A DNA stretch of 64,000 nucleotides from Balanoglossus misakiensis (taxonomy: Eukaryota > Animalia > Hemichordata), in contig CM082598.2 in assembly GCA_040954595.2 (NCBI GenBank), forward strand, positions 7,083,097 through 7,147,096. Reading direction: 5' to 3'. The position numbers and the translations under genes were made by a program. The notes under the pieces were generated by a model. It ran no database searches, was not told the DNA's origin, and was given only the letters and a program-made list of their open reading frames with translations. Below, in pieces: positions 1 through 15,800 of this stretch (its first letter is position 1; each line of letters starts with the position of its first letter).

Positions 1-3000
1 TTAGCAAAATCTCAAAATTTCGTCAATTTTTGAAAAAAATCATGGGTTGAAAGTCATGAAAAAATGACAATTTTAGAACTTTGCAAAATCTGAAAATTTC
101 GTCAATATTTGAAAAAAATCATTGGTTATAGATCATGAAAATCATCAAAAAATGACAATTTTTCAACTTTGCAAAATCTCAAAAAAATTCGCAAATTATT
201 GAAAAAAATCATGGGTTGAAAATCATCAAAAAATGACAATTTTTCAACTTTACAAAATCTCAAAATTTCGTCAATTTTTGAAAAAATCATGGGTTTAAAA
301 TCATCAAAAAATGACAATTTTTTTAACTTTGCAAAATCTCAAAATTTCGTAAATTTTTGAAAAAAATCATGGGTTATACATCATGAAAATCATCAAAAAA
401 TGACAATTTTTTCGACTTTGCAAAATCTCAAAATTTCGTCGATTTCTGAAAAAAAATATGGGTTACAGATCATGAAAATCACCAAAAAATTACAATTTTT
501 TACTTTGCAAAATCTCAAAATTTCGTCAATTTTTGAAAAAAATCATGGGTTTAAAATCATAAAAAAATGACAATTTTTTTCTTTGCAAAATCTCAAAATT
601 TCGTCAATTTTTGAAAAAAATCATGGGTTTAAAATCATCAAAAAATGACAGTTTTTTTCTTTTCAAAATATCAAAATTTTGTCGATATTTGAAAAAAATC
701 ATGGGTTGAAAATCATCAAAAAATGACAATTTTTCAACTTTGCAAAATCTCAAAGTTTCGTCAATTTTTGAAAAAAAAACATGGCTCATAGATCATGAAA
801 TCATCAAATAATGACAATTTTTGAGACTTAGCAAAATCTCAAAATTTCGTCAATTTTTGAAAAAAATCATGGGTTGAAAGTCATGAAAAAATGACAATTT
901 TAGAACTTTGCAAAATCTGAAAATTTCGTCAATATTTGAAAAAAATCATTGGTTATAGATCATGAAAATCATCAAAAAAATGACAATTTTTCAACTTTGC
1001 AAAATCTCAAAAAAATTCGTCAATTATTGAAAAAAATCATGGGTTGAAAATCATCAAAAAATGACAATTTTTCAACTTTACAAAATCTCAAAATTTCGTC
1101 AATTTTTGAAAAAAATCATGGGTTTAAAATCATCAAAAAATGATAATTTTTCAACTTTGCAAAATCACAAAATTTCGTCCATTTTTTAAAAAAATCATGG
1201 GTTGAAAATCATCAAAAAATGACAATTTTAGAAATTTGCAAAATCTCAAAATTTCGTCAATATTTGAAAAAAATCATTGGTTATAGATCATGAAAATCAT
1301 CAAAAAATGAAAAACTTTCGACTTTGCGAAATCTTTGCGAATCGTCGATTTTTGAAAAAAATCATGGGTTGAAAAACATCAAAAAATTAAAATTTTTCAA
1401 CTTTGCAAAATCTCAAAATTTCGTCAATTTTTGAAAAAAAAACATGGCTCATAGATCATGAAATCATCAAAAAATGACAATTTTTTAGACTTAGCAAAAT
1501 CTCAAAATTACGTCAATTTTTGAAAAAAATCAAGGGTTGAAAGTCATGAAAAAATGACAATTTTAGAAATTTGCAAAATCTCAAAATTTCGTCAATATTT
1601 GAAAAAAATCATTGGTTATAGATCATGAAAATCATCAAAAAATGACAATTTTTCAACTTTGCAAAATCTCAAAAAAATTCGTCAATTATTGAAAAAAATC
1701 ATGGGTTGAAAATCATCAAAAAATGACAATTTTTCAACTTTACAAAATCTCAAAATTTCGTCAATTTTTGAAAACAATCATGGGTTTAAAATCATCAAAA
1801 AATGACAATTTTTCAACTTTGCAAAATCTCAAAATTTCGTCGATTTCTGAAAAAAAAACATGGGTATTAGATCATGAAAATCATAAAAAAAATTACAATT
1901 GTTCAACTTTGCAAAATGTCAAAACTTCGTCGATTTTTGAAAAAAATCATGGGTTATAGATCATGAAAATCATCAAAAATGACAATTTTTCAACATTGCA
2001 AAATCTCAAAGTTTCGTCAATTTTTGAAAAAAAACATGGCTCATACATCATGAAAATCATCAAAAAGTGACAATTTTTCAACTTTGCAAAATCTCAAAAA
2101 ATTACGTCAATTATTGAAAAAAATCCTGGGTTAAAAATCATCAAAAAATGACAAATTTTCAACTTTGCAAAATCTCGAAATTTCGTAAATTTTTGAAAAA
2201 AATCATGGGTTATAGATCATGAAAATCATCAAAAAATGACATTTTTTCAACTTTACACAATCTCAAAATTTCCTCAATTTTTGAAGAAAATCATGGGTTT
2301 AAAATCATCAAAAAATGACAATTTTTCAACTTTACAAAATCTCAAAATTTCGTCAATTTTTGAAAAAAATCATGGGTTTAAAATCATCAAAAAATGACAA
2401 TTTTTCAACTTTGCAAAATCTCAAAATTTCGTAAATTTTCGAAAAAAATCATGGGTTATACATCATGAAAATCATCAAAAAATGACAATTTTTTCGACTT
2501 TGCAAAATCTCAAAATTTCGTCGATTTCTGAAAAAATATGGGTTACAGATCATGAAAATCACCAGAAAATTACAATTTTTTACTTTGCAAAATCTCAAAA
2601 TTTCGTCAATATTTGAAAAAAATCATTGGTTATAGATCATGAAAATCATCAAAAAATGAAAATAATTCAACTTTACAAAATCTCAAAATTTCGTCCATTT
2701 TAGAAAAAAATCATGGGTTTAAAATCATCAAAAAATGACAATTTTTTTCTTTGCAAAATATCAAAATTTCGTCGATTTTTGAAAAAAATCATGGGTTGAA
2801 AATCATCAAAAAATGACAATTTTTCAACTATGCAAAATGTCAAAATTTCGTCGATTTTAGAAAAAAATAATGGGTTGAATATCATCTAAAAATGACAATT
2901 TTTCAACTTTGCAATATCTCAAAATTTCGTCAATATTTGAAAAAAATCATGGGTTGAAAATCATCAAAAAATGACAATTTTTCAACTTTGCAAAATCTCA

Positions 3001-4384
3001 AAGTGTCGTCAATTTTTGAAAAAAACATGGCTCATAGATCATGAAATCATCAAAAAATGACAATTTTTTAGACTTAGCAAAATCTCAAAATTTCGTAAAT
3101 TTTTGAAAAAAATCATGGGTTGAAAGTCATGAAAAAATGACAATTTTTCAACTTTGCAATATCTCAAAATTTCGTCAATATTTGAAAAAAATCATGTGTT
3201 TAAAATCATCAAAAAATGACAATTTTTCAACTTTGCAAAATCTCAAAGTGTCGTCAATTTTTGAAAGAAACATGGCTCATAGATCATGAAATCATCAAAA
3301 AATGACAATTTTTTCGACTTTGCAAAATCTCAAAATTTCGTCGATTTCTGAAAAAAAATATGGGTTACAGATCATGAATATCACCAAAATTACAATTGTT
3401 TACTTTACAAAATCTCAAAATTTCGTCAATTGTTGAAAAAAATCACGGGTTGAAAGTCATGAAAAAAATGACAATTTTAGAACTTTGCAAAATCTCAAAA
3501 TTTCGTCAATATTTGAAAAAAATCATTGGTTATAGATCATGAAAATCATCAAAAAATGAAAATGTTTCAACTTTGCAAAATCTCGAAATTTCGTAAATTT
3601 TTGAAAAAATCATGGGTTATAGATCATGAAAATCATCAAAAAATGACATTTTTTTTCGACTTTGCAAAATCTCAAAATTTCGTCGATTTCTGAAAAAAAA
3701 CATGGGTATTAGATCATGAAAATCATAAAAAAATTACATTTTTTTACTTTGCAAAATCTCAAAATTTCGTCAATTTTTGAAAAAAAATCATGGGTTAAAA
3801 ATCATCAAAAAATGACAATTTTTTAACTTTGCAAAATCTGAAAATTTCGTCGATTTCTGAAAAAAATCATGGGTTGAAAATCATCAAAAAATGACAATTT
3901 TTCAACTTTGCAAAATGTCAAAATTTCGTCGATTTTTGAAAAAAAATAATGGGTTGAATATCATCTAAAAATGACAATTTTTCAACTTTGCAATATCTCA
4001 TCATTTCGTCAATATTTGAAAAAAATCATGGGTTGAAAATCATGAAAAAGTGACACTTTTAGAACTTTGCAAAATCTCATAATTTCGTCAATATTTGAAA
4101 AAAATCATTGGTTATAGATCATGAAAATCATCAAAAAATGAAAATTTTTCAACTTTGCAAAATCTCAAAAAAATCGTCAATTATTGAAAAAAATCATGGG
4201 TTTAAAATCACCAAAAAATGGCAATTTTTCAACTTTGCAAAATCTCAAAATTTCGTAAATTTTTGAAAAAAATCATGGGTTATACATCATGAAAATCATA
4301 AAAAATGACAATTTTTTCGACTTTGCAAAATCTCAAAATTTCGTCAATTTTTGAAAAAAATCATGGGTTGAAAGTCATGAAAAA

Positions 4385-6838
4385 ATGACAATTTTAGAAC
4401 TTTGCAAAATCTCAAAATTTCGTCAATATTTGAAAAAAAAATCATTGGTTATAGATCATGAAAATCATCAAAAAATGAAAATTTTTCAACTTTGCAAAAT
4501 CTCAAAAAATTCGTCAATTATTGAAAAAAATCATGGGTTGAAAATCATCAAAAAATTACAATTTTTCAACTTTACAAAATCTCAAAATTTCGTCAATATT
4601 TGAAAAAAAAATCATGATTATACGTAATGAAAATCATCACAAAGTGACAGTTTTTCAACTATGCTAAATCTCAAAATTTCTTCGATTTTTGAAAAATATC
4701 ATTGGGTTATATATAGCTCATGAAAATCATGAAAAATTAAACATTTTCGAATTTGCGAAATCATTGCGAATCGTCGATTTTTGAAAAAAATAATCATGGG
4801 TTATAGCTTATGAAAACCATCCAAAAATGACAATTTTTCAACTTTGCGAAATCTCAAAATTTCGTAAATTTTTGAAAAAAAATCATGGTTATATCACATG
4901 AAAATCATCAATAAATGACAATCTTTCAACTTTGCAAAATCTCAAAATTTCGTCAATATTTGAAAAAAATCATAGGTTGAAAGTCATCAAAAATGATAGT
5001 TTTTCAACTTTGCAAAAGCTCAAAATTGCGTCAATATTTGAAAAAAAATCATTGGTTGAAAGTTATGAAAAAATGACACTATTAGAACTTTGTAAAATCT
5101 CAAAATATTGTCAATATTTGAAAAAAATCATGGGTTGAAAATCATCAAAAAATGACAATTTTTCAACTTTGCGAAATCTCAAATATTCGTCCATTTTTGA
5201 AAAAAAAATCATGGGTTATAGATCATGAAAAATCATCAAAAAACGAAAAATTTTCGACTGCGAAATCTTTGCGAATCGTATATTTTTGAAAAAAAATCAT
5301 TGGTTATAGCTCGTGAAAATCTTTAAAAAATAATAGTTTTTCAACTTTGCAAAATCACAAAATTTCGTCCATTTTTTAAAAAAATCATGGGTTTAAAATC
5401 ATCAAAAAATGACAATTTTTTACTTTGCAAAATCTCAAAATTTCGTCAATTTTTGAAAAAAATCATGGGTTTAAAATCATCAAAAAATTACAATTTTTCG
5501 ACTTTGCAAAATCTCAAAATTTCGTAAATTTTTGAAAAAAATCATGGGTTATACATCATGAAAATCATAAAAAATGACAATTTTTTCGACTTTGCAAAAT
5601 CTCAAAATTTCGTCAATTTTTGAAAAAAATCATGGGTTGAAAGTCATGAAAAAATGACAATTTTAGAACTTTGCAAAATCTCAAAATTTCGTCAATATTT
5701 GAAAAAAAAATCATTGGTTATAGATCATGAAAATCATCAAAAAATGAAAATTTTTCAACTTTGCAAAATCTCAAAAAATTCGTCAATTATTGAAAAAAAT
5801 CATGGGTTGAAAATCATCAAAAAATTACAATTTTTCAACTTTACAAAATCTCAAAATTTCGTCAATATTTGAAAAAAAAATCATGATTATACGTAATGAA
5901 AATCATCACAAAGTGACAGTTTTTCAACTATGCTAAATCTCAAAATTTCTTCGATTTTTGAAAAATATCATTGGGTTATATATAGCTCATGAAAATCATG
6001 AAAAATTAAACATTTTCGAATTTGCGAAATCATTGCGAATCGTCGATTTTTGAAAAAAATAATCATGGGTTATAGCTTATGAAAACCATCCAAAAATGAC
6101 AATTTTTCAACTTTGCGAAATCTCAAAATTTCGTAAATTTTTGAAAAAAAATCATGGTTATATCACATGAAAATCATCAATAAATGACAATCTTTCAACT
6201 TTGCAAAATCTCAAAATTTCGTCAATATTTGAAAAAAATCATAGGTTGAAAGTCATCAAAAATGATAGTTTTTCAACTTTGCAAAAGCTCAAAATTGCGT
6301 CAATATTTGAAAAAAAATCATTGGTTGAAAGTTATGAAAAAATGACACTATTAGAACTTTGTAAAATCTCAAAATATTGTCAATATTTGAAAAAAATCAT
6401 GGGTTGAAAATCATCAAAAAATGACAATTTTTCAACTTTGCGAAATCTCAAATATTCGTCCATTTTTGAAAAAAAAATCATGGGTTATAGATCATGAAAA
6501 ATCATCAAAAAACGAAAAATTTTCGACTGCGAAATCTTTGCGAATCGTATATTTTTGAAAAAAAATCATTGGTTATAGCTCGTGAAAATCTTTAAAAAAT
6601 AATAGTTTTTCAACTTTGCAAAATCACAAAATTTCGTCCATTTTTTAAAAAAATCATGGGTTTAAAATCATCAAAAAATGACAATTTTTTACTTTGCAAA
6701 ATCTCAAAATTTCGTCAATTTTTGAAAAAAATCATGGGTTTAAAATCATCAAAAAATTACAATTTTTCGACTTTGCAAAATCTCAAAATTTCGTCAATTT
6801 TTGAAAAAAATCAAGGGTTGAAAGTCATGAAAAAATGA
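4385..6838. repeat. 1,269-bp tandem duplication inside the satellite higher-order repeat (boundaries approximate)
   Basis: Rare marker TACGTAATGA at 4621 and 5890. Identical track ORFs at 4385/5654 and 4932/6201 (all offsets 1,269). Confidence 0.9.
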
Positions 6839-9800
6839 CAATTTTAGAAATTTGCAAAATCTCAAAATTTCGTCAATATTTGAAAAAAATCATTGGTTAT
6901 AGATCATGAAAATCATCAAAAAATGAAAAACTTTCGACTATGCGAAATCTTTGCGAATCGTCGATTTTTGAAAAAAATCATGGGTTGAAAAACATCAAAA
7001 AATTAAAATTTTTCAACTTTGCAAAATCTCAAAGATTCGTCAATTTTTGAAATAAACATGGCTCATAGATCATGAAATCATCAAAAAATGACAATTTTTT
7101 AGTCTTAGCAAAATCTCAAAATTACGTCAATTTTTGAAAAAAATCAAGGGTTGAAAGTCATGAAAAAATGACAATTTTAGAAATTTGCAAAATCTGAAAA
7201 TTTCGTCAATATTTGAAAAAAATCATTGGTTATAGATCATGAAAATCATCAAAAAATGACAATTTTTCAACTTTGCAAAATCTCAAAAAAATTCGTCAAT
7301 TATTGAAAAAAATCATGGGTTGAAAATCATCAAAAAATGACAATTTTTCAACTTTACAAAATCTTAAAATTTCGTCAATTTTTGAAAAAATCATGGGTTT
7401 AAAATCATCAAAAAATGACAATTTTTTTAACTTTGCAAAATCTCAAAATTTCGTAAATTTTTGAAAAAAATCATGGGTTATACATCATGAAAATCATCAA
7501 AAAATGACAATTTTTTCGACTTTGCAAAATCTCAAAATTTCGTCGATTTCTGAAAAAAATCATGGGTTTAAAATCATAAAAAAATGACAATTTTTTTCTT
7601 TGCAAAATCTCAAAATTTCGTCAATTTTTGAAAAAAATCATGGGTTTAAAATCATCAAAAAATGACAGTTTTTTTCTTTTCAAAATATCAAAATTTTGTC
7701 GATATTTGAAAAAAATCATGGGTTGAAAATCATCAAAAAATGACAATTTTTCAACTTTGCAAAATCTCAAAGTTTCGTCAATTTTTGAAAAAAAAACATG
7801 GCTCATAGATCATGAAATCATCAAATAATGACAATTTTTGAGACTTAGCAAAATCTCAAAATTTCGTCAATTTTTGAAAAAAATCATGGGTTGAAAGTCA
7901 TGAAAAAATGAAAATTTTAGAACTTTGCAAAATCTGAAAATTTCGTCAATATTTGAAAAAAATCATTGGTTATAGATCATGAAAATCATCAAAAAAATGA
8001 CAATTTTTCAACTTTGCAAAATCTCAAAAAAATTCGTCAATTATTGAAAAAAATCATGGGTTGAAAATCATCAAAAAATGACAATTTTTCAACTTTACAA
8101 AATCTCAAAATTTCGTCAATTTTTGAAAAAAATCATGGGTTTAAAATCATCAAAAAATGATAATTTTTCAACTTTGCAAAATCACAAAATTTCGTCCATT
8201 TTTTAAAAAAATCATGGGTTGAAAATCATCAAAAAATGACAATTTTAGAAATTTGCAAAATCTCAAAATTTCGTCAATATTTGAAAAAAATCATTGGTTA
8301 TAGATCATGAAAATCATCAAAAAATGAAAAACTTTCGACTTTGCGAAATCTTTGCGAATCGTCGATTTTTGAAAAAAATCATGGGTTGAAAAACACCAAA
8401 AAATTAAAATTTTTCAACTTTGCAAAATCTCAAAATTTCGTCAATTTTTGAAAAAAAACATGGCTCATAGATCATGAAATCATCAAAAAATGACAATTTT
8501 TTAGACTTAGCAAAATCTCAAAATTACGTCAATTTTTGAAAAAAATCAAGGGTTGAAAGTCATGAAAAAATGACAATTTTAGAAATTTGCAAAATCTCAA
8601 AATTTCGTCAATATTTGAAAAAAATCATTGGTTATAGATCATGAAAATCATCAAAAAATGACAATTTTTCAACTTTGCAAAATCTCAAAAAAATTCGTCA
8701 ATTATTGAAAAAAATCATGGGTTGAAAATCATCAAAAAATAACAATTTTTCAACTTTACAAAATCTCAAAATTTCGTCAATTTTTGAAAAAAATCATGGG
8801 TTTAAAATCATCAAAAAATGACAATTTTTCAACTTTGCAAAATCTCAAAATTTCGTCGATTTCTGAAAAAAAAACATGGGTATTAGATCATGAAAATCAT
8901 AAAAAAAATTACAATTGTTCAACTTTGCAAAATGTCAAAACTTCGTCGATTTTTGAAAAAAATCATGGGTTATAGATCATGAAAATCATCAAAAATGACA
9001 ATTTTTCAACATTGCAAAATCTCAAAGTTTCGTCAATTTTTGAAAAAAAACATGGCTCATACATCATGAAAATCATCAAAAAGTGACAATTTTTCAACTT
9101 TGCAAAATCTCGAAATTTCGTAAATTTTTGAAAAAAATCATGGGTTATAGATCATGAAAATCATCAAAAAATGACATTTTTTCAACTTTACACAATCTCA
9201 AAATTTCCTCAATTTTTGAAGAAAATCATGGGTTTAAAATCATCAAAAAATGACAATTTTTCAACTTTACAAAATCTCAAAATTTCGTCAATTTTTGAAA
9301 AAAATCATGGGTTTAAAATCATCAAAAAATGACAATTTTTCAACTTTGCAAAATCTCAAAATTTCGTAAATTTTCGAAAAAAATCATGGGTTATACATCA
9401 TGAAAATCATCAAAAAATGACAATTTTTTCGACTTTGCAAAATCTCAAAATTTCGTCGATTTCTGAAAAAATATGGGTTACAGATCATGAAAATCACCAG
9501 AAAATTACAATTTTTTACTTTGCAAAATCTCAAAATTTCGTCAATTGTTGAAAAAAATCACGGGTTGAAAGTCATGAAAATAATGACAATTTTAGAACTT
9601 TGCAAAATCTCAAAATTTCGTCAATATTTGAAAAAAATCATTGGTTATAGATCATGAAAATCATCAAAAAATGAAAATAATTCAACTTTACAAAATCTCA
9701 AAATTTCGTCCATTTTAGAAAAAAATCATGGGTTTAAAATCATCAAAAAATGACAATTTTTTTCTTTGCAAAATATCAAAATTTCGTCGATTTTTGAAAA

Positions 9801-12800
9801 AAATCATGGGTTGAAAATCATCAAAAAATGACAATTTTTCAACTATGCAAAATGTCAAAATTTCGTCGATTTTAGAAAAAAATAATGGGTTGAATATCAT
9901 CTAAAAATGACAATTTTTCAACTTTGCAATATCTCAAAATTTCGTCAATATTTGAAAAAAATCATGGGTTGAAAATCATCAAAAAATGACAATTTTTCAA
10001 CTTTGCAAAATCTCAAAGTGTCGTCAATTTTTGAAAAAAACATGGCTCATAGATCATGAAATCATCAAAAAATGACAATTTTTTAGACTTAGCAAAATCT
10101 CAAAATTTCGTAAATTTTTGAAAAAAATCATGGATTGAAAGTCATGAAAAAATGACAATTTTTCAACTTTGCAATATCTCAAAATTTCGTCAATATTTGA
10201 AAAAAATCATGTGTTTAAAATCATCAAAAAATGACAATTTTTCAACTTTGCAAAATCTCAAAGTGTCGTCAATTTTTGAAAAAAACATGGCTCATAGATC
10301 ATGAAATCATCAAAAAATGACAATTTTTTCGACTTTGCAAAATCTCAAAATTTCGTCGATTTCTGAAAAAAAATATGGGTTACAGATCATGAATATCACC
10401 AAAAATTACAATTGTTTACTTTACAAAATCTCAAAATTTCGTCAATTGTTGAAAAAAATCACGGGTTGAAAGTCATGAAAAAAATGACAATTTTAGAACT
10501 TTGCAAAATCTCAAAATTTCGTCAATATTTGAAAAAAATCATTGGTTATAGATCATGAAAATCATCAAAAAATGAAAATGTTTCAACTTTGCAAAATCTC
10601 GAAATTTCGTAAATTTTTGAAAAAATCATGGGTTATAGATCATGAAAATCATCAAAAAATGACATTTTTTTTCGACTTTGCAAAATCTCAAAATTTCGTC
10701 GATTTCTGAAAAAAAACATGGGTATTAGATCATGAAAATCATAAAAAAATTACATTTTTTTACTTTGCAAAATCTCAAAATTTCGTCAATTTTTGAAAAA
10801 AAATCATGGGTTAAAAATCATCAAAAAATGACAATTTTTTAACTTTGCAAAATCTGAAAATTTCGTCGATTTCTGAAAAAAATCATGGGTTGAAAATCAT
10901 CAAAAAATGACAATTTTTCAACTTTGCAAAATGTCAAAATTTCGTCGATTTTTGAAAAAAATAATGGGTTGAATATCATCTAAAAATGACAATTTTTCAA
11001 CTTTGCAATATCTCATCATTTCGTCAATATTTGAAAAAAATCATGGGTTGAAAATCATGAAAAAGTGACAATTTTAGAACTTTGCAAAATCTCATAATTT
11101 CGTCAATATTTGAAAAAAATCATTGGTTATAGATCATGAAAATCATCAAAAAATGAAAATTTTTCAACTTTGCAAAATCTCAAAAAAATCGTCAATTATT
11201 GAAAAAAATCATGGGTTTAAAATCACCAAAAAATGGCAATTTTTCAACTTTGCAAAATCTCAAAATTTCGTAAATTTTTGAAAAAAATCATGGGTTATAC
11301 ATCATGAAAATCATAAAAAATGACAATTTTTTCGACTTTGCAAAATCTCAAAATTTCGTCAATTTTTGAAAAAAATCATGGGTTGAAAGTCATGAAAAAA
11401 TGACAATTTTAGAACTTTGCAAAATCTCAAAATTTCGTCAATATTTGAAAAAAAAATCATTGGTTATAGATCATGAAAATCATCAAAAAATGAAAATTTT
11501 TCAACTTTGCAAAATCTCAAAAAATTCGTCAATTATTGAAAAAAATCATGGGTTGAAAATCATCAAAAAATTACAATTTTTCAACTTTACAAAATCTCAA
11601 AATTTCGTCAATATTTGAAAAAAAAATCATGATTATACGTAATGAAAATCATCACAAAGTGACAGTTTTTCAACTATGCTAAATCTCAAAATTTCTTCGA
11701 TTTTTGAAAAATATCATTGGGTTATATATAGCTCATGAAAATCATGAAAAATTAAACATTTTCGAATTTGCGAAATCATTGCGAATCGTCGATTTTTGAA
11801 AAAAATAATCATGGGTTATAGCTTATGAAAACCATCCAAAAATGACAATTTTTCAACTTTGCGAAATCTCAAAATTTCGTAAATTTTTGAAAAAAAATCA
11901 TGGTTAAATCACATGAAAATCATCAAAAAATGACAATCTTTCAACTTTGCAAAATCTCAAAATTTCGTCAATATTTGAAAAAAATCATAGGTTGAAAGTC
12001 ATCAAAAAATGATAGTTTTTCAACTTTGCAAAATCTCAAAATTGCGTCAATATTTGAAAAAAAATCATTGGTTGAAAGTTATGAAAAAATGACACTATTA
12101 GAACTTTGTAAAATCTCAAAATATTGTCAATATTTGAAAAAAATCATGGGTTGAAAATCATCAAAAAATGACAATTTTTCAACTTTGCGAAATCTCAAAT
12201 ATTCGTCCATTTTTGAAAAAAAAAATCATGGGTTATAGATCATGAAAAATCATCAAAAAACGAAAAATTTTCGACTGCGAAATCTTTGCGAATCGTATAT
12301 TTTTGAAAAAAAATCATTGGTTATAGCTCGTGAAAATCTTTAAAAAATAATAGTTTTTCAACTTTGCAAAATCACAAAATTTCGTCCATTTTTTAAAAAA
12401 ATCATGGGTTTAAAATCATCAAAAAATGACAATTTTTTACTTTGCAAAATCTCAAAATTTCGTCAATTTTTGAAAAAAATCATGGGTTTAAAATCATCAA
12501 AAAATTACAATTTTTCGACTTTGCAAAATCTCAAAATTTCGTCAATTTTTGAAAAAAATCAAGGGTTGAAAGTCATGAAAAAATGACAATTTTAGAAATT
12601 TGCAAAATCTCAAAATTTCGTCAATATTTGAAAAAAATCATTGGTTATAGATCATGAAAATCATCAAAAAATGAAAAACTTTCGACTATGCGAAATCTTT
12701 GCGAATCGTCGATTTTTGAAAAAAATCATGGGTTGAAAAACATCAAAAAATTAAAATTTTTCAACTTTGCAAAATCTCAAAGTTTCGTCAATTTTTGAAA

Positions 12801-15800
12801 TAAACATGGCTCATAGATCATGAAATCATCAAAAAATGACAATTTTTTAGTCTTAGCAAAATCTCAAAATTACGTCAATTTTTGAAAAAAATCAAGGGTT
12901 GAAAGTCATGAAAAAATGACAATTTTAGAAATTTGCAAAATCTCAAAATTTCGTCAATATTTGAAAAAAATCATTGGTTATAGATCATGAAAATCATCAA
13001 AAAATGACAATTTTTCAACTTTGCAAAATCTCAAAAAAATTCGTCAATTATTGAAAAAAATCATGGGTTGAAAATCATCAAAAAATGACAATTTTTCAAC
13101 TTTACAAAATCTCAAAATTTCGTCAATTTTTGAAAAAAATCATGGGTTTAAAATCATCAAAAAATGACAATTTTTCAACTTTGCAAAATCTCAAAATTTC
13201 GTCGATTTCTGAAAAAAAATATGGCTTACAGATCATGAAAATCATCAAAAAATTACAATTTTTCAACTTTGCAAAATCTCAAAATTTCGTCGATTTTTGA
13301 AAAAAATAATGGGTTGAATATCATCTAAAAATGACAATTTTTCAATTTTGCAAAATCTCAAAGTTTCGTCAATTTTTGAAAAAAATCATGGGTTGAAAGT
13401 CATCAAAAAATGACAATTTTAGAACTTTGCAAAATCTGAAAATTTCGTCAATATTTGAAAAAAATCATTGGTTATAGATCATGAAAATCATCAAAAAATG
13501 ACAATTTTTCAATTTTGCAAAATCTCAAAGTTTCGTCAATTTTTGAAAAAAAACATGGCTCATAGATCATGAAATCATCAAAAAATCACAATTGTTTAGA
13601 CTTAGCAAAATCTCAAAATTTCGTCAATTTTTGAAAAAAATCATGGGTTGAAAGTCATGAAAAAATGACAATTTTAGAAATTTGCAAAATCTGAAAATTT
13701 CGTCAATATTTGAAAAAAATCATTGGTTATAGATCATGAAAATCATCAAAAAATGACAATTTTACAACTTTGCAAAATCTCAAAAAAATTCGTCAATTAT
13801 TGAAAAAAATCATGGGTTGAAAATCATCAAAAAATGACAATTTTTCAACTTTACAAAATCTCAAAATTTCGTCAATTTTTGAAAAAAATCATGGGTTTAA
13901 AATCATCAAAAAATGACAATTTTTTTAACTTTGCAAAATCTCAAAATTTCGTAAATTTTTGAAAAAAATCATGGGTTATACATCATGAAAATCATCAAAA
14001 AATGACAATTTTTCAACTTTGCAAAATCTCAAAGTTTCGTCAATTTTTGAAAAAAAACATGGCTCATAGATCATGAAATCATCAAAAAATGACAATTTTT
14101 TAGACTTAGCAAAATCTCAAAATTTCGTCAATTTTTGAAAAAAATCATGGGTTGAAAGTCATGAAAATCATCAAAAAATGACAATTTTTCAACTTTGCAA
14201 AATCTAAAAAAAATTCGTCAATTATTGAAAAAAATCATGGGTTGAAAATCATCAAAAAATGACAATTTTTCAACTTTACAAAATCTGAAAATTTCGTCAA
14301 TATTTGAAAAAAATCATTGGTTATAGATCATGAAAATCATCAAAAAAATGACAATTTTTCAACTTTGCAAAATCTCAAAAAAATTCGTCAATTATTGAAA
14401 AAAATCATGGGTTGAAAATCATCAAAAAATGACAATTTTTCAACTTTACAAAATCTCAAAATTTCGTCAATTTTTGAAAAAAATCATGGGTTTAAAATCA
14501 TCAAAAAATGATAATTTTTCAACTTTGCAAAATCACAAAATTTCGTCCATTTTTTAAAAAAATCATGGGTTGAAAATCATCAAAAAATGACAATTTTAGA
14601 AATTTGCAAAATCTCAAAATTTCGTCAATATTTGAAAAAAATCATTGGTTATAGATCATGAAAATCATCAAAAAATGAAAAACTTTCGACTTTGCGAAAT
14701 CTTTGCGAATCGTCGATTTTTGAAAAAAATCATGGGTTGAAAAACATCAAAAAATTAAAATTTTTCAACTTTGCAAAATCTCAAAGTTTCGTCAATTTTT
14801 GAAAAAAAAACATGGCTCATAGATCATGAAATCATCAAAAAATGACAATTTTTTAGACTTAGCAAAATCTCAAAATTACGTCAATTTTTGAAAAAAATCA
14901 AGGGTTGAAAGTCATGAAAAAATGACAATTTTAGAAATTTGCAAAATCTCAAAATTTCGTCAATATTTGAAAAAAATCATTGGTTATAGATCATGAAAAT
15001 CATCAAAAAATGACAATTTTTCAACTTTGCAAAATCTCAAAAAAATTCGTCAATTATTGAAAAAAATCATGGGTTGAAAATCATCAAAAAATGACAATTT
15101 TTCAACTTTACAAAATCTCAAAATTTCGTCAATTTTTGAAAAAAATCATGGGTTTAAAATCATCAAAAAATGACAATTTTTCAACTTTGCAAAATCTCAA
15201 AATTTCGTCGATTTCTGAAAAAAAAACATGGGTATTAGATCATGAAAATCATAAAAAAAATTACAATTGTTCAACTTTGCAAAATGTCAAAACTTCGTCG
15301 ATTTTTGAAAAAAATCATGGGTTATAGATCATGAAAATCATCAAAAATGACAATTTTTCAACATTGCAAAATCTCAAAGTTTCGTCAATTTTTGAAAAAA
15401 AACATGGCTCATACATCATGAAAATCATCAAAAAGTGACAATTTTTCAACTTTGCAAAATCTCAAAAAATTACGTCAATTATTGAAAAAAATCCTGGGTT
15501 AAAAATCATCAAAAAATGACAAATTTTCAACTTTGCAAAATCTCGAAATTTCGTAAATTTTTGAAAAAAATCATGGGTTATAGATCATGAAAATCATCAA
15601 AAAATGACATTTTTTCAACTTTACACAATCTCAAAATTTCCTCAATTTTCGAAGAAAATCATGGGTTTAAAATCATCAAAAAATGACAATTTTTCAACTT
15701 TACAAAATCTCAAAATTTCGTCAATTTTTGAAAAAAATCATGGGTTTAAAATCATCAAAAAATGACAATTTTTCAACTTTGCAAAATCTCAAAATTTCGT

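Noticed and set aside
3421-3450. CENP-B-box-like TTCG...CGGG in the CACGGG monomer variant
   Set aside because: Spacing between TTCG and CGGG is far longer than in the 17-bp CENP-B box.
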